64,000 nt of DNA from Octopus vulgaris (Eukaryota). Of this stretch, positions 14,019 to 26,876 are shown in pieces. The translations under genes and the position numbers were made by a program. Position 1 is the first letter of the stretch; the number at the start of each line of letters is the position of its first letter. The notes beneath the pieces were generated by a model. That model was not told where the DNA came from. It did not search any database and was given only the letters and a program-made list of their open reading frames with translations. The stretch is taken from positions 1,550,001 to 1,614,000 of the forward strand of contig OX597831.1 of the NCBI GenBank assembly GCA_951406725.2, in the 5' to 3' direction.

Positions 14019-14150
14019 CTTTATTTAAAGCAGCAGAAAATTCAACAAAACCTGTTACTCTGAGTTTTGCTAGCAAAAACTGTCCAACAAACGGCAACGG
14101 GAAACTCAGAGTAACAGGTTTTGTTGAATTTTCTGCTGCTTTAAATAAAG
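14019..14150. repeat. Perfect 49-bp inverted repeat, 34-nt spacer
   Basis: 14019-14067 is the exact reverse complement of 14102-14150. Confidence 0.95.
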
Positions 14151-14748
14151 CATATTACTCTACCACTGGTATTTGAGTACTCTTTTTTCCACCTTGTTTC
14201 ACATTTATGTGTTTACTCCGGTATATATATATATATATATATATATATGCAAACACACACACACACACACATATATGTCAACTATCTTGCTTCGCAATGG
14301 AAATTAACAAAATCATTATCTATTCCTGTTTTACTGTTAAATCTTACAAGAAATATTACAGGAGTATAGCAATGCTATAATTACACATGGTTGCTGTGGT
14401 ATACCTCTTCCTTTAACATTAGACAATACCTTAACTGCTACACAAGGCAATATTTCAACCTAAACCAAAACACCTGATACAATAATGCATTTGCTACGTC
14501 TGTACTGACATTTTGTATGATCTTGTCCATGAATTTACGAACACAAAAGAAATACAATATTAGAATTAGCAATTAAAAGGAGATAATTCCCCCAAACAAG
14601 TAACTTTTTTTCATTAATGAACCAAATTCCTTTAACATACTATAGCTAAAAGAAAAACTATCAGATAAAATAAAGTAGATGTGACCTTTTCTCTATAGGT
14701 TGGACATTGTTCCATCAATGTAAAGAGACAGATTAAACAGTTTCAAAC

Positions 14749-15012
14749 CAGTGATTCTCAACCATTTTTTTACCTATGGATCCCTTTTGATTCATATTTT
14801 ACTCAGATGGACCTTCATAGCCTTTTGATCTTTAAGAGCTCCTATAACATTTTTATAATTAAACATTATTAGGAACTGCATTAAAAAATTGTTAAAATAT
14901 TTTGTCTATTGTAACCCATTTATCACACATAATCATTAACAACAAAATCTTATATGGAAATCACCCCAACCCCACTCCCAAGGGTCATATGGACCCTAGA
15001 TTAGAATGACAG
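14749..15012. mobile_element. hAT/Charlie-type MITE
   Basis: Left TIR CAGTGATTCTCAACC, degenerate right TIR, imperfect 8-bp TSD tttcaaac/gtctaaac. Confidence 0.55.
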
Positions 15013-16924
15013 GTCTAAACTCTGAAGAATAACAAGGAAATTACAGAATCCTCATCTTGGCAATCTGAAACTGCAATAGTCACTATTATTTTTTACTAAC
15101 ACTGGTAATCCACATAACACCACTTTACAAAGGACCATTCTAGGATATTCCAGATCACATCGCAATACACTAAACTACGACGTGGAATATACAACACTAC
15201 AGTAGATTATTTAACACTACATCACAATACAATATACAACACTACTATTGCACCACAAAGGAAAATACTGTACTACAACACAGTGGAATAAACCATACCA
15301 GACTACATCACAGTGAAAAATACCACACTAACCAGTACGTCATCTATCTCTCTCCCTCTTGTCCCTCAACCCACTGAGAACTGTACCATCATTACTATCC
15401 TGCTACCCACCCTTCAACCTTAAACAATCTTTACAGTCACAGCCTGCCTCCTGCTCCTCCATCTCCTGCTCACCATACAATCTTGCAGCAACCCTTACAC
15501 TTCATCTCCACTAACTCTTCACAACTCCTACTGGCAGTTCTCTCCCCCTTTTCTAAATGTGAGTAGCTCAACAAGAACCCACTCCGCCCCACTGCCTCTT
15601 TCATGCTTTAACCCATCATCCTTTAGGATAAAGCAGCTCCTGTGCCCTCAGGGTTTGTAGTTTTGTGAGCTGCATAGTAACCTTAATAGTGCTGGTAGCA
15701 TGAAAAAGCATTTAGTACATGCTGTGAAGTAGTTGGCATCATGAAGGACATCCGACTGCAGAAACCCTGCCAAAGCAGATACTGGAGCATGATGTAGTCC
15801 TTGGACCCATTGGATCCTCTTGACCATCCAACCCATGCCAGCATGGAACATGGACGTTACTTGATGAAGATAATATATAGCATACTACAGGGCAGTGAAT
15901 ATGCCCAAACGCCCAAAATCTAATATACACAAACAATACCTATACATTGTTGTCACATGTGACAGTAGAATACACAAGACTAATGCCATTCCTGAATTCT
16001 AGAATATTTTCTGCAGAATATTATAAACAACCTCTAAACCAGGAATGGACAACCTTTTTAGAAATGCAAGCCACAAGACATGACTCATCATCAGGTGGGC
16101 TGCTATACTAAGAAAACTAAAAGTAATTTTCCATTAGGCACATCATTCAGAAAGTTCTGCTGACCTTATGTGACTCACAGGCCTTGCCCAAAAAGGCTCA
16201 AAACAGATGAACATGTCTGAAGTTGTCTCTCTTAATTGCTCCATGTGAAAAGACAAATATTTGTCACAGATAGAAAAATATTTTCTTTCATTACCACATT
16301 ATTTTTTGTTAGCTTTTTTATACTCACTACATCAAATATGTTTACACTAAATTAACTAATGCCTTTCAATTGAATGGCATCTTTGATTCAGCTAATCTCT
16401 AAGCAATTCTATTTTTCTGCAGAGTAATAAATATACAATCTTGTACATTTGTTACATAAGAAGTCATTCATCCCAAATTCAGCAAATAAAGTAAAACTAT
16501 GCTTCACTGATGAGATTAGAATAAAACTAAAACATATCCAGAGTTCTCGCCTACACTTCCAAAAAACATGAAAATGACACTTGCTCTTCATTAATATTAC
16601 TGTTTCCTTATGATATAAATTCCAACCCTGGTCATTGCCAATGGTCTTAGCCACTATTTATTGCCTTAACTGAAACATCACAAAAAACACAGCAAATATA
16701 ATAAATATACTGATACCAAACACAGACAAAATGAATCAATAAACTAGCAAGATATTAACAAAGTTCCTATATGTATATATATGGATATATATGCTCCCTT
16801 AACAGACTGGTCTACTGTGAGCTAGTATAGATTGTGAATCCAAACAGACAAAACAAAAAAATAAACTAGTGAGACACAAACTAAGAGCCTCTAAATTTAT
16901 CTATCTATTTACTTGTCTGTCTGT

Positions 16925-17326
16925 CTATCTATCTATATATACGTATGTATACACACATACATACATATGTATACATATACATATATACACATACAAATAC
17001 TTATATACATATATACATATATACACATATATATACACAAATACATACATATATATATATATACATAAATGCATACACACACATATATATATACATAAAT
17101 ACATACATATATATATACATAAATGCATACACACACATATATATATATATATACATAAATACATATATATACAGATATATATATATATACATAAATACAT
17201 ATATACACAGATATATATATATATACATAAATACATATATACACAGATATATATATATATACATAAATACATATATACACAGATATATATACACAGATAT
17301 ATATATACATAAATACATACATAAAT

Positions 17327-17368
<42 letters not shown>
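16925..17368. repeat. Compound TA/CA microsatellite with ~36-nt higher-order units
   Basis: Repeating atacataaatacatatatacacagatatatat. Source of several spurious ORFs. Confidence 0.95.
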
Positions 17369-17371
<3 letters not shown>

Positions 17372-17592
17372 CCTAACAGAGTGGTCTACTGATGGCTAGC
17401 ATGGAATATGAAACCAAAGACAAAATTAATCAATCAACCAGAAGAGCACCTAAATATGTATAGAGAGAGAGAGACAGACAGAGATCTGCTAAAACCCCTA
17501 ACTGACTGGTCTGCAGCTAGTTGGCACGGAACTTGAAAAGAAAGGCTTAGTAAGAAGAAAAAGGCGTCATAATCCGTTGCCATAGTGTTTAC

Positions 17593-17724
17593 CAAATTCA
17601 CCTCCTCATTTGTCTGCTCTTGGTAGCGACCTGGTTTCTTGACAAGCAACGGATCCAGACAGAGCAGGAACACCATGTAGACAAACAGCAATGATACCAC
17701 ACATATTATGATGGTCACCATAAT
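17593..17724 (-). CDS. TMEM9: TMEM9 coding exon 4 (TM helix IMVTIIICVVSLLFVYMVFLLCLDPLL...NEEVNL)
   Basis: ttacAG acceptor, YMxFLxxxDP motif, donor GTAAAC after 17593. An alternative in-frame donor GTGAAT follows 17602. Confidence 0.92.
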
Positions 17725-17799
17725 CTGTAAAACAAAACAGAGATTACATTTGGTTAAAAACAACTGTTGATAAATAAATTGTTCATGAACAAAATAGCA

Positions 17800-18186
17800 T
17801 CATCATCATCATCATCGTTTAACGTCCGTTTTCCGCGCTAGTACGGGTTGGACGGTTCGACCGGGGTCTGGGAAGCCAGGGGCTGCACCAGGCTCCAGTC
17901 TGATCTGGCAGAGTTTCTACAGCTGGATGCCCTTCCTAACGCCAACCACTCCGCGAGTGTAGTGGGTGCTTTTCACGTGCCACCTGCACAAGGTGCCAGT
18001 GGGGTCTGGCATCAGCCACGATCGGTTGGTGCTTTTAACGTGCCACCGGCACGGAAGCCAGCCAAGGCGGCGCTGGCATCGGCCACGTTCGGACGATGCT
18101 TTTTATGTGCCACCGGCACTGGAGCCAGTCGAGGCAGCGCTGGCATCGGCCACGTTCGGATGGTGCCTTTTATGTGCCACCGGCAC
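17800..18186 (-). mobile_element. Retroposon family C ((GAT)n tail, ggttggcgttaggaagggcatcc block, internal ~60-65-nt minisatellite)
   Basis: Matches copies at 18300-18670(+), 51441-51845(-), 59211-59600(+), and older ones at 15660-15870, 24180-24393 and 52735-53027. Confidence 0.8.
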
Positions 18187-18299
18187 ATCGAAAGTGGAAA
18201 AGCAAAGAAAGAATCATTAAGGTGTTGGAGAAAATATGTTTCAACTGGTACAAAGCCATACTCCTACAACACTATTCCCCACTCCCAGTTGAGGGGTTT

Positions 18300-18670
18300 T
18301 TGACTTGCAAAGCACTTGGTGGCCCTGTGGGTGCTAATGCCATGTAAAATGTACTGGTGTCCACGTTAAAAGCACCCAGTACACTCTGTAAAGTGGTCGG
18401 AGTTAGGAAAGACATTCACGTAAAATGCACCAATCCGACCGTGGCCGTTGCCAACCTCGCCTGGCACCTGTGCAGGTGGCACGTAAAAAGCACCCACTAC
18501 ACTCACGGAGTGGTTGGCGTTAGGAAGGGCATCCAGCTGTAGAAACATTGCCAGATAAGACGGGAGCCTGGTGCAGCCTTCTGGCTTCCCAGATCCCTGG
18601 TCGAACCGTCCAACCCATGCTAGCATGGAGAACGGACATTAAACAATGATGATGATGATGATGATGATGA
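18300..18670 (+). mobile_element. Retroposon family C
   Basis: Inverted relative to 17800-18186. Confidence 0.8.
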
Positions 18671-19220
18671 TTCAGCTGCAGAAACTATGCGAAAAGAGAC
18701 AATGGAGCCTGAGGCATCTCCTGTCAAACCATCCAACCCATGCCAGCATAGAAAGCAGCCATGTGATGATGATGATGAAGACAATAAGTTAAGATGATGA
18801 TGAAGACATATATGTCAATGTGCATGTGTGTCTCATTATCTGCACGTCTTCATATTGGCAGTGTTTCAACAGCACTGACACTACTTATGTCTCCCATAAA
18901 CAAAACATCCTTGTGTAAACTGCTGAATATAGTAACTTACTCGAAAAACAAGGGCTAGCATCAGGAAGGACATCCAGCCATATGAACAGAGCCTCAAGAA
19001 GACTCATCCAACCTATTCAAGCACCCAAAAATGTGGACAATATGTTATTAATAGTATGTTATCCCACCAGTGCTGCTGTTACTATTGCTGCGACTACAAC
19101 TGCTATTACTGCTACCACCACCAGTATTACTACCACCACTACTACTGCTACTACAACTACTATCATCACTATTACCACCACCACCACTACCACTAATGTA
19201 AACAATAAACCAGAGTTTAC

Positions 19221-19320
19221 CTTTATCAGAGTGACATTTCTACTCTGATACTTGCACTCACAGCGAGGACAGAATTCTGTGGCCTTCTCAGGTAGAGGCC
19301 AGACAACATCTTCACATTTG
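19221..19320 (-). CDS. TMEM9: TMEM9 coding exon 3 (KCEDVVWPLPEKATEFCPRCECKYQSRNVTLIK)
   Basis: tgtAG acceptor, GTAAAC donor, 100 nt, completes the phase-2 Cys codon. CxRCECKY..R motif typical of TMEM9/9B. Confidence 0.93.
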
Positions 19321-20018
19321 CTACAAAAGAAAAAAAAACACAATAAAAGTCAATCTTTTGTTACATACTCAAGAATACCATCACAGCTGTAACAGCTTCT
19401 ACATCTAATTACACCACACAAAAACATTATACTGTAATATACACATGTATTATATTAAAATTCTTTTTATTTTAGGCACAAGGCCTGAAATCTTGAGGAG
19501 GGGGAGCTAGTCAGTTACCCCAGTGCTCAACTGGTACTTATTTTATCAAACCCAAAAGGATGAAAGTAAAATCTACCTTAGTGGAATTTGAACTCAGAAC
19601 ATTAAGATGGACAAAATGCTTAGCAGCATTTCGTCCAGGGTGCTAATGATTCTGCCAGCTTGCCATTTAATGTGCATTATATTATAATAGCACCAGTGTT
19701 ATAGCAAAAAAGCAACAACCTTGATACACAGTTATATTAATGTTAGACACACACTGTTATATCAGTCTCTCTTTCTCTCTCTCACACACACACACTGGAC
19801 ATACTAGTAAACCTAGTCTCACAAAGACACACACACACACTGTTATATCAGAGACACTACAATAACATAAACTTAGAAACCTATGTAAGTGACTATATAT
19901 AGTTAGAAAGTGACCCAACACAACACCCTCAGCTACAACATAATCAGTACAGTCAACCATTCGACCAACAACCACCCCCGTGACCAAACCACTCTAGTGA
20001 CCAACAGACAAAACTTAC

Positions 20019-20128
20019 CACTGGTTTGGGTTGACCTTCTTTATATAAACCTTGCGTCCAGTTTCTGTGGCATTGACAACAGTCTGTGATGGACAGACAC
20101 ACTTGCAACGGTAATCTTCATACTGGGC
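20019..20128 (-). CDS. TMEM9: TMEM9 coding exon 2 (AQYEDYRCKCVCPSQTVVNATETGRKVYIKKVNPNQ-C)
   Basis: ctacAG acceptor, GTAAGT donor, 110 nt. Carries the family RCKCxCP motif and an N-glycosylation site (NAT). Not in the ORF track. Confidence 0.92.
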
Positions 20129-20629
20129 CTGTAGAACAAAAAAGAAGATAGAGGTTAAGTTTTACTATAAATCATGTCACAACAGCAATCACACACTAGC
20201 CACAGCCTGAAGTATAAAGTCTTGCTTTCTTATGTTATTGTTTAACTGGAAAGACTGACTCACAATGGTAACCAAACACTCACCACAGGTTGAAGTATTT
20301 TCTTTCTATAAGAAATATCCAACTTCATAAAAAGCTGAATTTGGCTTAATTAGTCTCAAGTTATGCTATGATGATGATTCCAAAGAAGAATGAGATGACA
20401 CTATACATGGCTACCAACAATTAGAAATTTTAAAGAATTTTAGAATGTGTAGAGAAAAAAAAAAACTATATTAAATGTATATTCTATGTACATTCCAAAC
20501 TTTCCTATCTGCCTCAAATTAACTTAATCTATAAGAGATTGTTACCTCTATAATAGCCGACTGCCAGGGGCACACAATGTCATCATCATCATCGTTTAGC
20601 GTCCGCTTTCCATGCTAATATATAGTTAT

Positions 20630-21198
20630 ATTTCTTTCTTTACTACCCACAAGGGGCTAAACACAGAGGGGACAAACAAGGACAGACAAAGGGATTAAGT
20701 CGATTGCATTGACCCCAGAGCGTAACTGGTACTTAATTTATCGACCCCGAAAGGATGAAAAGCAAAGTCGACCTCAGCGGAATTTGAACTCGGAACGTAA
20801 CGTCAGACGAAATACGGCTACGATATATAGTTATATTTTCTCATGATATTGTTTGACTAATATTTCTGACATCTTAGACTCACAATCATAACGACACTCA
20901 CCACAGACTGACATATATAGTTCTCCTTTCACATGGTATTGTTTTCTTGATATGATTTGATATCTATAACTAAATATCTGATTATAATAAGGTGGTGAGC
21001 TGACAGAAATGTTAGTGTGCTGCACAAAATGTTTAGTGGCATTTCCTCCGTATTTATGTTCCGAGTTCAAATTCCACTTAGGTTGACTCTGTCTTTCACC
21101 CTTTCAGGGATAATAAAATAAATTCCAGTTGAGCACAGAGGTCAATATAATCAACTTCCCTGAAATTGCTGGCCTTGTGCCAAAATTTGAAACCAATA
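20630..21198. mobile_element. Inverted pair of SINE family B copies
   Basis: 20630-20823(-) and 20990-21198(+). Confidence 0.75.
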
Positions 21199-21549
21199 TG
21201 TCTGATTATAACATTTAGTTTTTACATCCTTTCAGATGATGCAAAAGGAGGGCCTAAAAACATGCACCAGGCATCACTGTGAGGAATTGAGTATAAGAGA
21301 ATGCAAAGACTCAGTCTTTGGCAATATAATGGTAGTGAAATAATGTTGGTTTCTAGTATAGGAAGGCCATATGTTTGGCGACTAGGTGGGTATTGCATTT
21401 GAGTGGCAAAACTAACCCCTGATGAAGAGAGCAAAGATTGAGTAGCAATGTTACCCCTGATGAAAATTTAGTGGCAAAGTTATCCCTGATGGATTCAAGC
21501 TCAGAACATGAAGACAACATAACTAAATTCTTCTAAGTATTTGGTTTAA

Positions 21550-21769
21550 CCCTTTAGCATTCAGATTACTCTGTCAAATGTAAAGCCTGTTTAATTACAT
21601 TGTTTTAAATTAATTGTACAGCATCTTGTAACTCCGGGATTTTGATGATGTCCCTGTTTATTTTTAGAATGACTTTGTAGGGTAGGTGTGAGAGGTCAGA
21701 GCTGGCTGGTTTGAGCATAAAACTAGAAGACAATTTTGGCCTGATATGGCCAGTTTAAACACTAAAGGG
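21550..21769. mobile_element. piggyBac-type MITE, same family as 4682-4869
   Basis: TTAA target-site duplication, CCCTTTAG/CTAAAGGG TIRs. Confidence 0.8.
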
Positions 21770-22310
21770 TTAATGCTCCACTAATTGTATCATCTCTACC
21801 CTGATAATGATGATGATGGCAACAATAACAATGGTTACAAATTCCAACACAAGGCCAGCAATTTTGAGTGTGGAAGGAAAGTTTTTTTTTTTATACTGAT
21901 CCCAGTATTCGACTGGTACTTCATTTTAATGACTGCTAGAGGTATAAAAAGCAAAGTTGATCTCAACAGGATTTGAACTCAAAACATGAAGAGTTGAAAC
22001 AAAAGCCACAAAGCAATTTTTCCTATGCTCTAATGATTCTGTCAGCTAACTGTCCTTATGGTTTCTGATTTAGGGACAAAGTGGTCCAGGAATTCTGAGG
22101 GGAGGGAATTAGTTGATACCACTGACACTGGATTGGACTGCTACTAGATTTTATCAGTCTTGGAAGAATGAAAGGTAAAGTTGACCTTGGTAGAACAAGA
22201 AATATGAAAAACCCCAAATATTCAGAATACAAATCTTTCTATTTTCTTTTTCTCTCTTTCTGAGAAAGTATCATCTTGTGGTATTTTTATAAACAGGACT
22301 TAGGTCTTAA

Positions 22311-22531
22311 CCCTTTCGTTACCAGCCCGGCTGAAACCGGCTCTGGCTCTTTAGTACAAATGTCTGGTTTTCAAAAGTTCTGAATTAAAACCTTCCACCA
22401 AACCTTAGTCACAATTTATGTCCCTAACTCTAGCTTAATGATAACGATGTTATTTTACTTAATTCTTTGTTATATTTAACATAATTGGAAGAAACACTGA
22501 GCATCTCAAAATAAATACAGTAACGAATGGG
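22311..22531. mobile_element. piggyBac-type MITE, second family
   Basis: TTAA|CCCTTTCGTTAC...GTAACGAATGGG|TTAA. Confidence 0.8.
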
Positions 22532-22824
22532 TTAAATCTCAGAAAAGTCTACTACTACTATATCCACTGTCATCCACAGATATTCACATAAATGGCTGTG
22601 TGAGACCACAGTATAGATCTGAAGTGTCTAGCTTCCTATAGATGGTGATGATGATGATAGTAGTTATGATGATGATGATGATAATGACAGTGGTGGTGAT
22701 GGTGATGACACACAAATGGACAGTGTCCAATGGACAAACAGACTTAATCAATACTTTAAATCCTTTGAATAAGAACAAACTGATTAGATCAAAACAAAAT
22801 TTACTGCTGCTGTTGACATTGGTT

Positions 22825-23042
22825 ATTTAACCATTGGTCAGACATGATCCAGCAGATTTATGATCAAAGGCTTTCCAACCATGACTATCTTTTTTTTTTT
22901 TTTGCTTTTACTTTTTTTTAATCAGACTACATTGTTCAACATTCCTTTTCTTTATCAGACTATAGAGTGAAAATCAGAGAGAGACATTTCATTGCTATTT
23001 TTAGCAGGTCCAGCAGCAGCCTCACAGAAGCTTCCTCATTGG
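22825..23042 (+). repeat. Old interspersed repeat family G (also about 11375-11585, 28905-29112, 62403-62610; reverse at 13300-13460, 51100-51240)
   Basis: Shared tatgatcaaaggcattccagccatgaccatc and gatttggctgctatttctagcagg blocks. Confidence 0.6.
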
Positions 23043-23498
23043 TTGTCATTTCTGTTGTTGATGGGAGAACAAAAAATAAAGAATCAGTGAGTACCTCCAC
23101 CTCTGTCGCCACCACCTCCAATTTCCACTCCCTATTGATTCACATGCGACAGGTTGCATCAGCAGCAGCAGCAGAAAGAATGACAGCACCAGGAGTGGGG
23201 CAGAGCAGTCGGGGGGGGGGGGGGCATCTGATGCCACAAATGCAGAGAAATATAGTGGCAGTGGTGAAGACAGTGAGGCAGTTGTGACAGAGGGGTGGAG
23301 TGGAGGAGGACTCCAGAGTAAGAGTGAGAGATGGAGGTGGGAGGAAAGGAGGGGAAGGAAGGAAGAAATAAAAATAAATAAAGAAAGAGAGAGAGGGGAA
23401 GGAATAGATAAGAGAGCAAGAATAAATAATGATGAAAGGAAAGGAAAAAGAGAGGTGAGAGGGAAAGTGATGAGAAAAAGACAATAGTTGAAAAGATA

Positions 23499-23664
23499 GG
23501 CGCAGGAGTGGCTGTGTGGTAAGTAGCTTGCTAACCAACCACATGGGTTCCGGGTTCAGTCCCACTGCGTGGCATCTTGGGCAAGTGTCTTCTGCTAGAG
23601 CCCCGGGCCGACCAATGCCTTGTGAGTGGATTTGGTAGACGGAAACTGAAAGAAGCCCGTCGTA

Positions 23665-23749
<85 letters not shown>

Positions 23750-23957
23750 ATGTATTTGTGTGTCTGTGTTTGTCCCCCTAGCATTGCTTGACAACCGATA
23801 CTGGTGTGTTTACGTCCCCGTCACTTAGCGGTTCGGCAAAAGAGACCGATAGAATAAGTACTGGTCTTACAAAGAATAAGTCCCGGGGTCGATTTGCTCG
23901 ACTAAAGGCGGTGCTCCAGCATGGCCGCAGTCAAATGACTGAAACAAGTAAAAGAGT
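23499..23957 (+). mobile_element. SINE family A, full length with internal (TA)n
   Basis: A-box-like TGGCTGTGTGG, B-box-like GGTTCAGTCCC, CORE-like tcttgggcaagtgtctt, AAAGAGT tail. Confidence 0.9.
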
Positions 23958-24969
23958 ATATAACAGCTGAGAAGTTAAAGAAGGGTGGTGGAGGAAAAGG
24001 AATTAAAAAAAAAATTTTTTTAGTCAAGGGGGACACTTTTACAGAGCCTGGAGACTGGTAGGAAGAAGATATCCTCAAGCAAGAGATCTGCCTAAATGCT
24101 TGCAACAGAGAGGGGTCCATCCATTAAAGGAATCCAAGGTTCCAGGTGGTGGTGTTGGTGGTGGCGATTGTGTTAAACTGGGTGATACATAAAAGGTACC
24201 AGTGTTGGTGATATCAAAAACACCCTGTACACTCTGTAGAGTGATTGGCATTAGAAAGGGCATCCAGCTATAGAAACTATGCCAAAACAGACAACTGGAG
24301 CCTGGTGCAGCTCTCCGGTTCACCAGTCCCAGTCAAACCATCTAACCAGCATGGAAAAAGGATGTTAAAAGATGGTTATGATGATGATGATGACAACTCC
24401 TTTAGACTATGACAAGATGGCTCTTTGAGCCAGAATTAAATACAGCAAAGCACATTCTTAAAGTTCCTTCAACCCACCGCCCTTCACTGGTGCACTGTTT
24501 TATTGACCAGGAAAGGTTGACCTCAGCAGGATTTGATCTCAGAACCTAGAGAGTCAGAACAATTACCAGGAGGCATTGGACCTGATGTTCTGATAAATGC
24601 AAATTCACAATCTGGAGAATAAATAATGAGGTAAAGAAAGGGGAAGTAAAGTGTTTGCAGGGGATGGAGACTGGGAAAGAAGTGTGTGAGAGATGGAGAA
24701 AGAGAGAGACAAACAGAGAGACAGACAGACAGAGAGAGAGAGAGACAGAGAGGGGGTTGTAGAGAAATGAAAGAGAGAGTATAATAGACAAAAGGAAGGA
24801 GAAAAGAGTGAAGGGAGAGATAGATGAGACTATCTAAATGTAAATCACAAGTTAATCTCATTGAAATTGAGAGATGAATTGGTAGGGGAGATGACTGAAT
24901 GGGGAGAAATAGTGAGCCAGCAGAGAGAATTGGTGCAGAGAATAGAGGGATGATGACAGGGAGAACACT

Positions 24970-25028
<59 letters not shown>

Positions 25029-25285
25029 GAGAGAATAAGAAAAACACTGTAAATATAGAATGGAAGAAAAGAGAAAAGCTAGAAAATGAGGAATTAATGA
25101 TGTGTGATAGAATAGAGACACAGAGATAGAGAGGATAGAAGAAAGCAATGCTGGTTCTATCCAGTTTGATGTCAACAAGTAGAAATATTGGGAAAACAGT
25201 CAGTGCTGTGACAGGACATTAATTAAACTGTCACATACAGATAGTAGCAAAACAGTACCACTGCTATGGCTGTATATATACATAT

Positions 25286-25344
<59 letters not shown>

Positions 25345-25416
25345 TAGATATATAAAATTAACAGAATGAGATAAAAATCCAAGGCTCTGAAAAATTTCAG
25401 AACATTTATAAAGAGG

Positions 25417-25463
25417 TCTTACAGCTGTTTCCTGGATTTTTTATGTATCCCTTCATCAAAGAT
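25417..25463 (-). ncRNA. Degenerate hammerhead-like motif with palindromic stem III
   Basis: UCU-UUGAUGA-AGGGAU...AUCCAG-GAAACAGCUGUA-AGA (C3 to U). Confidence 0.5.
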
Positions 25464-26403
25464 GGTGCGAGAAAAAGGTTAAGCAATAGTTATTTTAGAG
25501 AAGGTATGAAACAGAGAGTCAAGTGGTGGAATGAAAACAGACGTGAGATATGCAGGGATATTGTATCTGCAGTTCCATTATTTAAGCAGAATGGTATACA
25601 TATAAGAATGGCCAATTTTAAATACTATTGGAACTTATACACAAGGCACAGGAAACTTATCAAACCACCCAACCAATGATAGTATGAATCAAAATATAGA
25701 TGCCAAATTATGATGATGATGATCATGATATATACATACACACACTACATATATATATCACGCTTTCTCTGAAGACTTCGTGACCTCCAAGACGAAACAC
25801 CCAGCATCAAGTGGACTATTATCAACAGGGCACCACCATAGTCACCCGCCACCCCTAGCACCATCTGCACCAAGGTCACTGTCACAAATTAACCCCCATG
25901 AACAGCACCACAAATCACCACTCCCCAACACTTCTGCATGCCTGTCTACTTGCATACTCTCACCCCTTGGGTATGACCATGTGAGCATATGTGTGGGCAT
26001 ACATGTGCACACATGCACGCCCATGTACAGGTGCACCCACGCGTGTGTGTGTGTGTGTGTATATGTGTGTGCACATGAGTACTTTCAATTGTGCATGTCT
26101 GTGTGTGTGCAGATTCATACCTATATATAGGTATGTTGATGCAAACAGGAAAAATACCTGTGTAAGGCCAGAACAATGCAAAGTAAACTACAAAAGGAAA
26201 AGAAAACAGGACAAAGTTACAGTTTTACCTTGTATTTCTATATTTCAGGGTGAAGACCCCCTTCTTCAGGACGTTCGGAAAAGCGGTAGTTGGAAAAGGT
26301 TGTTGTGTCTCTGTGCCCCTGCCCATCTGAACAACCACCTTTTCCAACTGCCACTTGAATTTAAAATCAGTTATACTTCAAAATGCTTCACCAAAAGTAC
26401 CTC

Positions 26404-26443
<40 letters not shown>

Positions 26444-26445
<2 letters not shown>

Positions 26446-26834
26446 TCTTTACTCTTTTACTTGTTTTAGTCATTTGACTGCGGCCATGCTGGAGCACCGC
26501 CTTTAGTCGAGCAAATCGACCCCAGCACTTATTCTTTGTAAGCCCAGTACTTATTCTATCAGTCTCTTTTGTCGAACCGCTAAGTGACGGGGACGTAAAC
26601 ACACCAGCATTGGTTGTCAAGCAATGCTAGGAGGACAAACACAGACACACAAACATATATATATACATATATATGACGGGCTTCTTTCAGTTTCCGTCTA
26701 CCAAATCCACTCACAAGGCTTTGGTTGGCCCGAGGCTATAGTTGAAGACACTTGCCCAAGATGCCACGCAGTGGGACTGAATCCGGAACCATGTGGTTGG
26801 TAAGCAAGCTACTTACCACACAGCCACTCCTGCG

Positions 26835-26836
<2 letters not shown>
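26444..26836 (-). mobile_element. SINE family A, full length
   Basis: Reverse complement of the 23499 copy, embedded in (TA)n. Confidence 0.9.

Positions 26837-26876
<40 letters not shown>

Noticed and set aside
16869-17376. Overlapping long ORFs rich in Y/I/H/T/C/V
   Set aside because: Translations of TA/CA microsatellite, open in many frames.
17960-18186. Regularly spaced repeats resembling a CRISPR array
   Set aside because: The spacers are themselves homologous, there are no cas genes and the context is eukaryotic. It is a retroposon-internal minisatellite.
21405-21495. Three CCCTGATG(A) motifs
   Set aside because: Short tandem repeat without stem II plus GAAA, so not a hammerhead.
23140-23828. 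214-aa and neighbouring ORFs, with similar peptides recurring at 33.9, 36.1 and 54.7 kb
   Set aside because: SINE family A plus microsatellite, not a gene family.
24523-25178. Leu/Ser-rich or Glu/Arg-rich ORFs
   Set aside because: (GA)n purine-rich low-complexity DNA.
25767-25800. CTGAAGA...CGAAAC hammerhead-like string
   Set aside because: Stem II register is poor and stems I and III cannot be formed.
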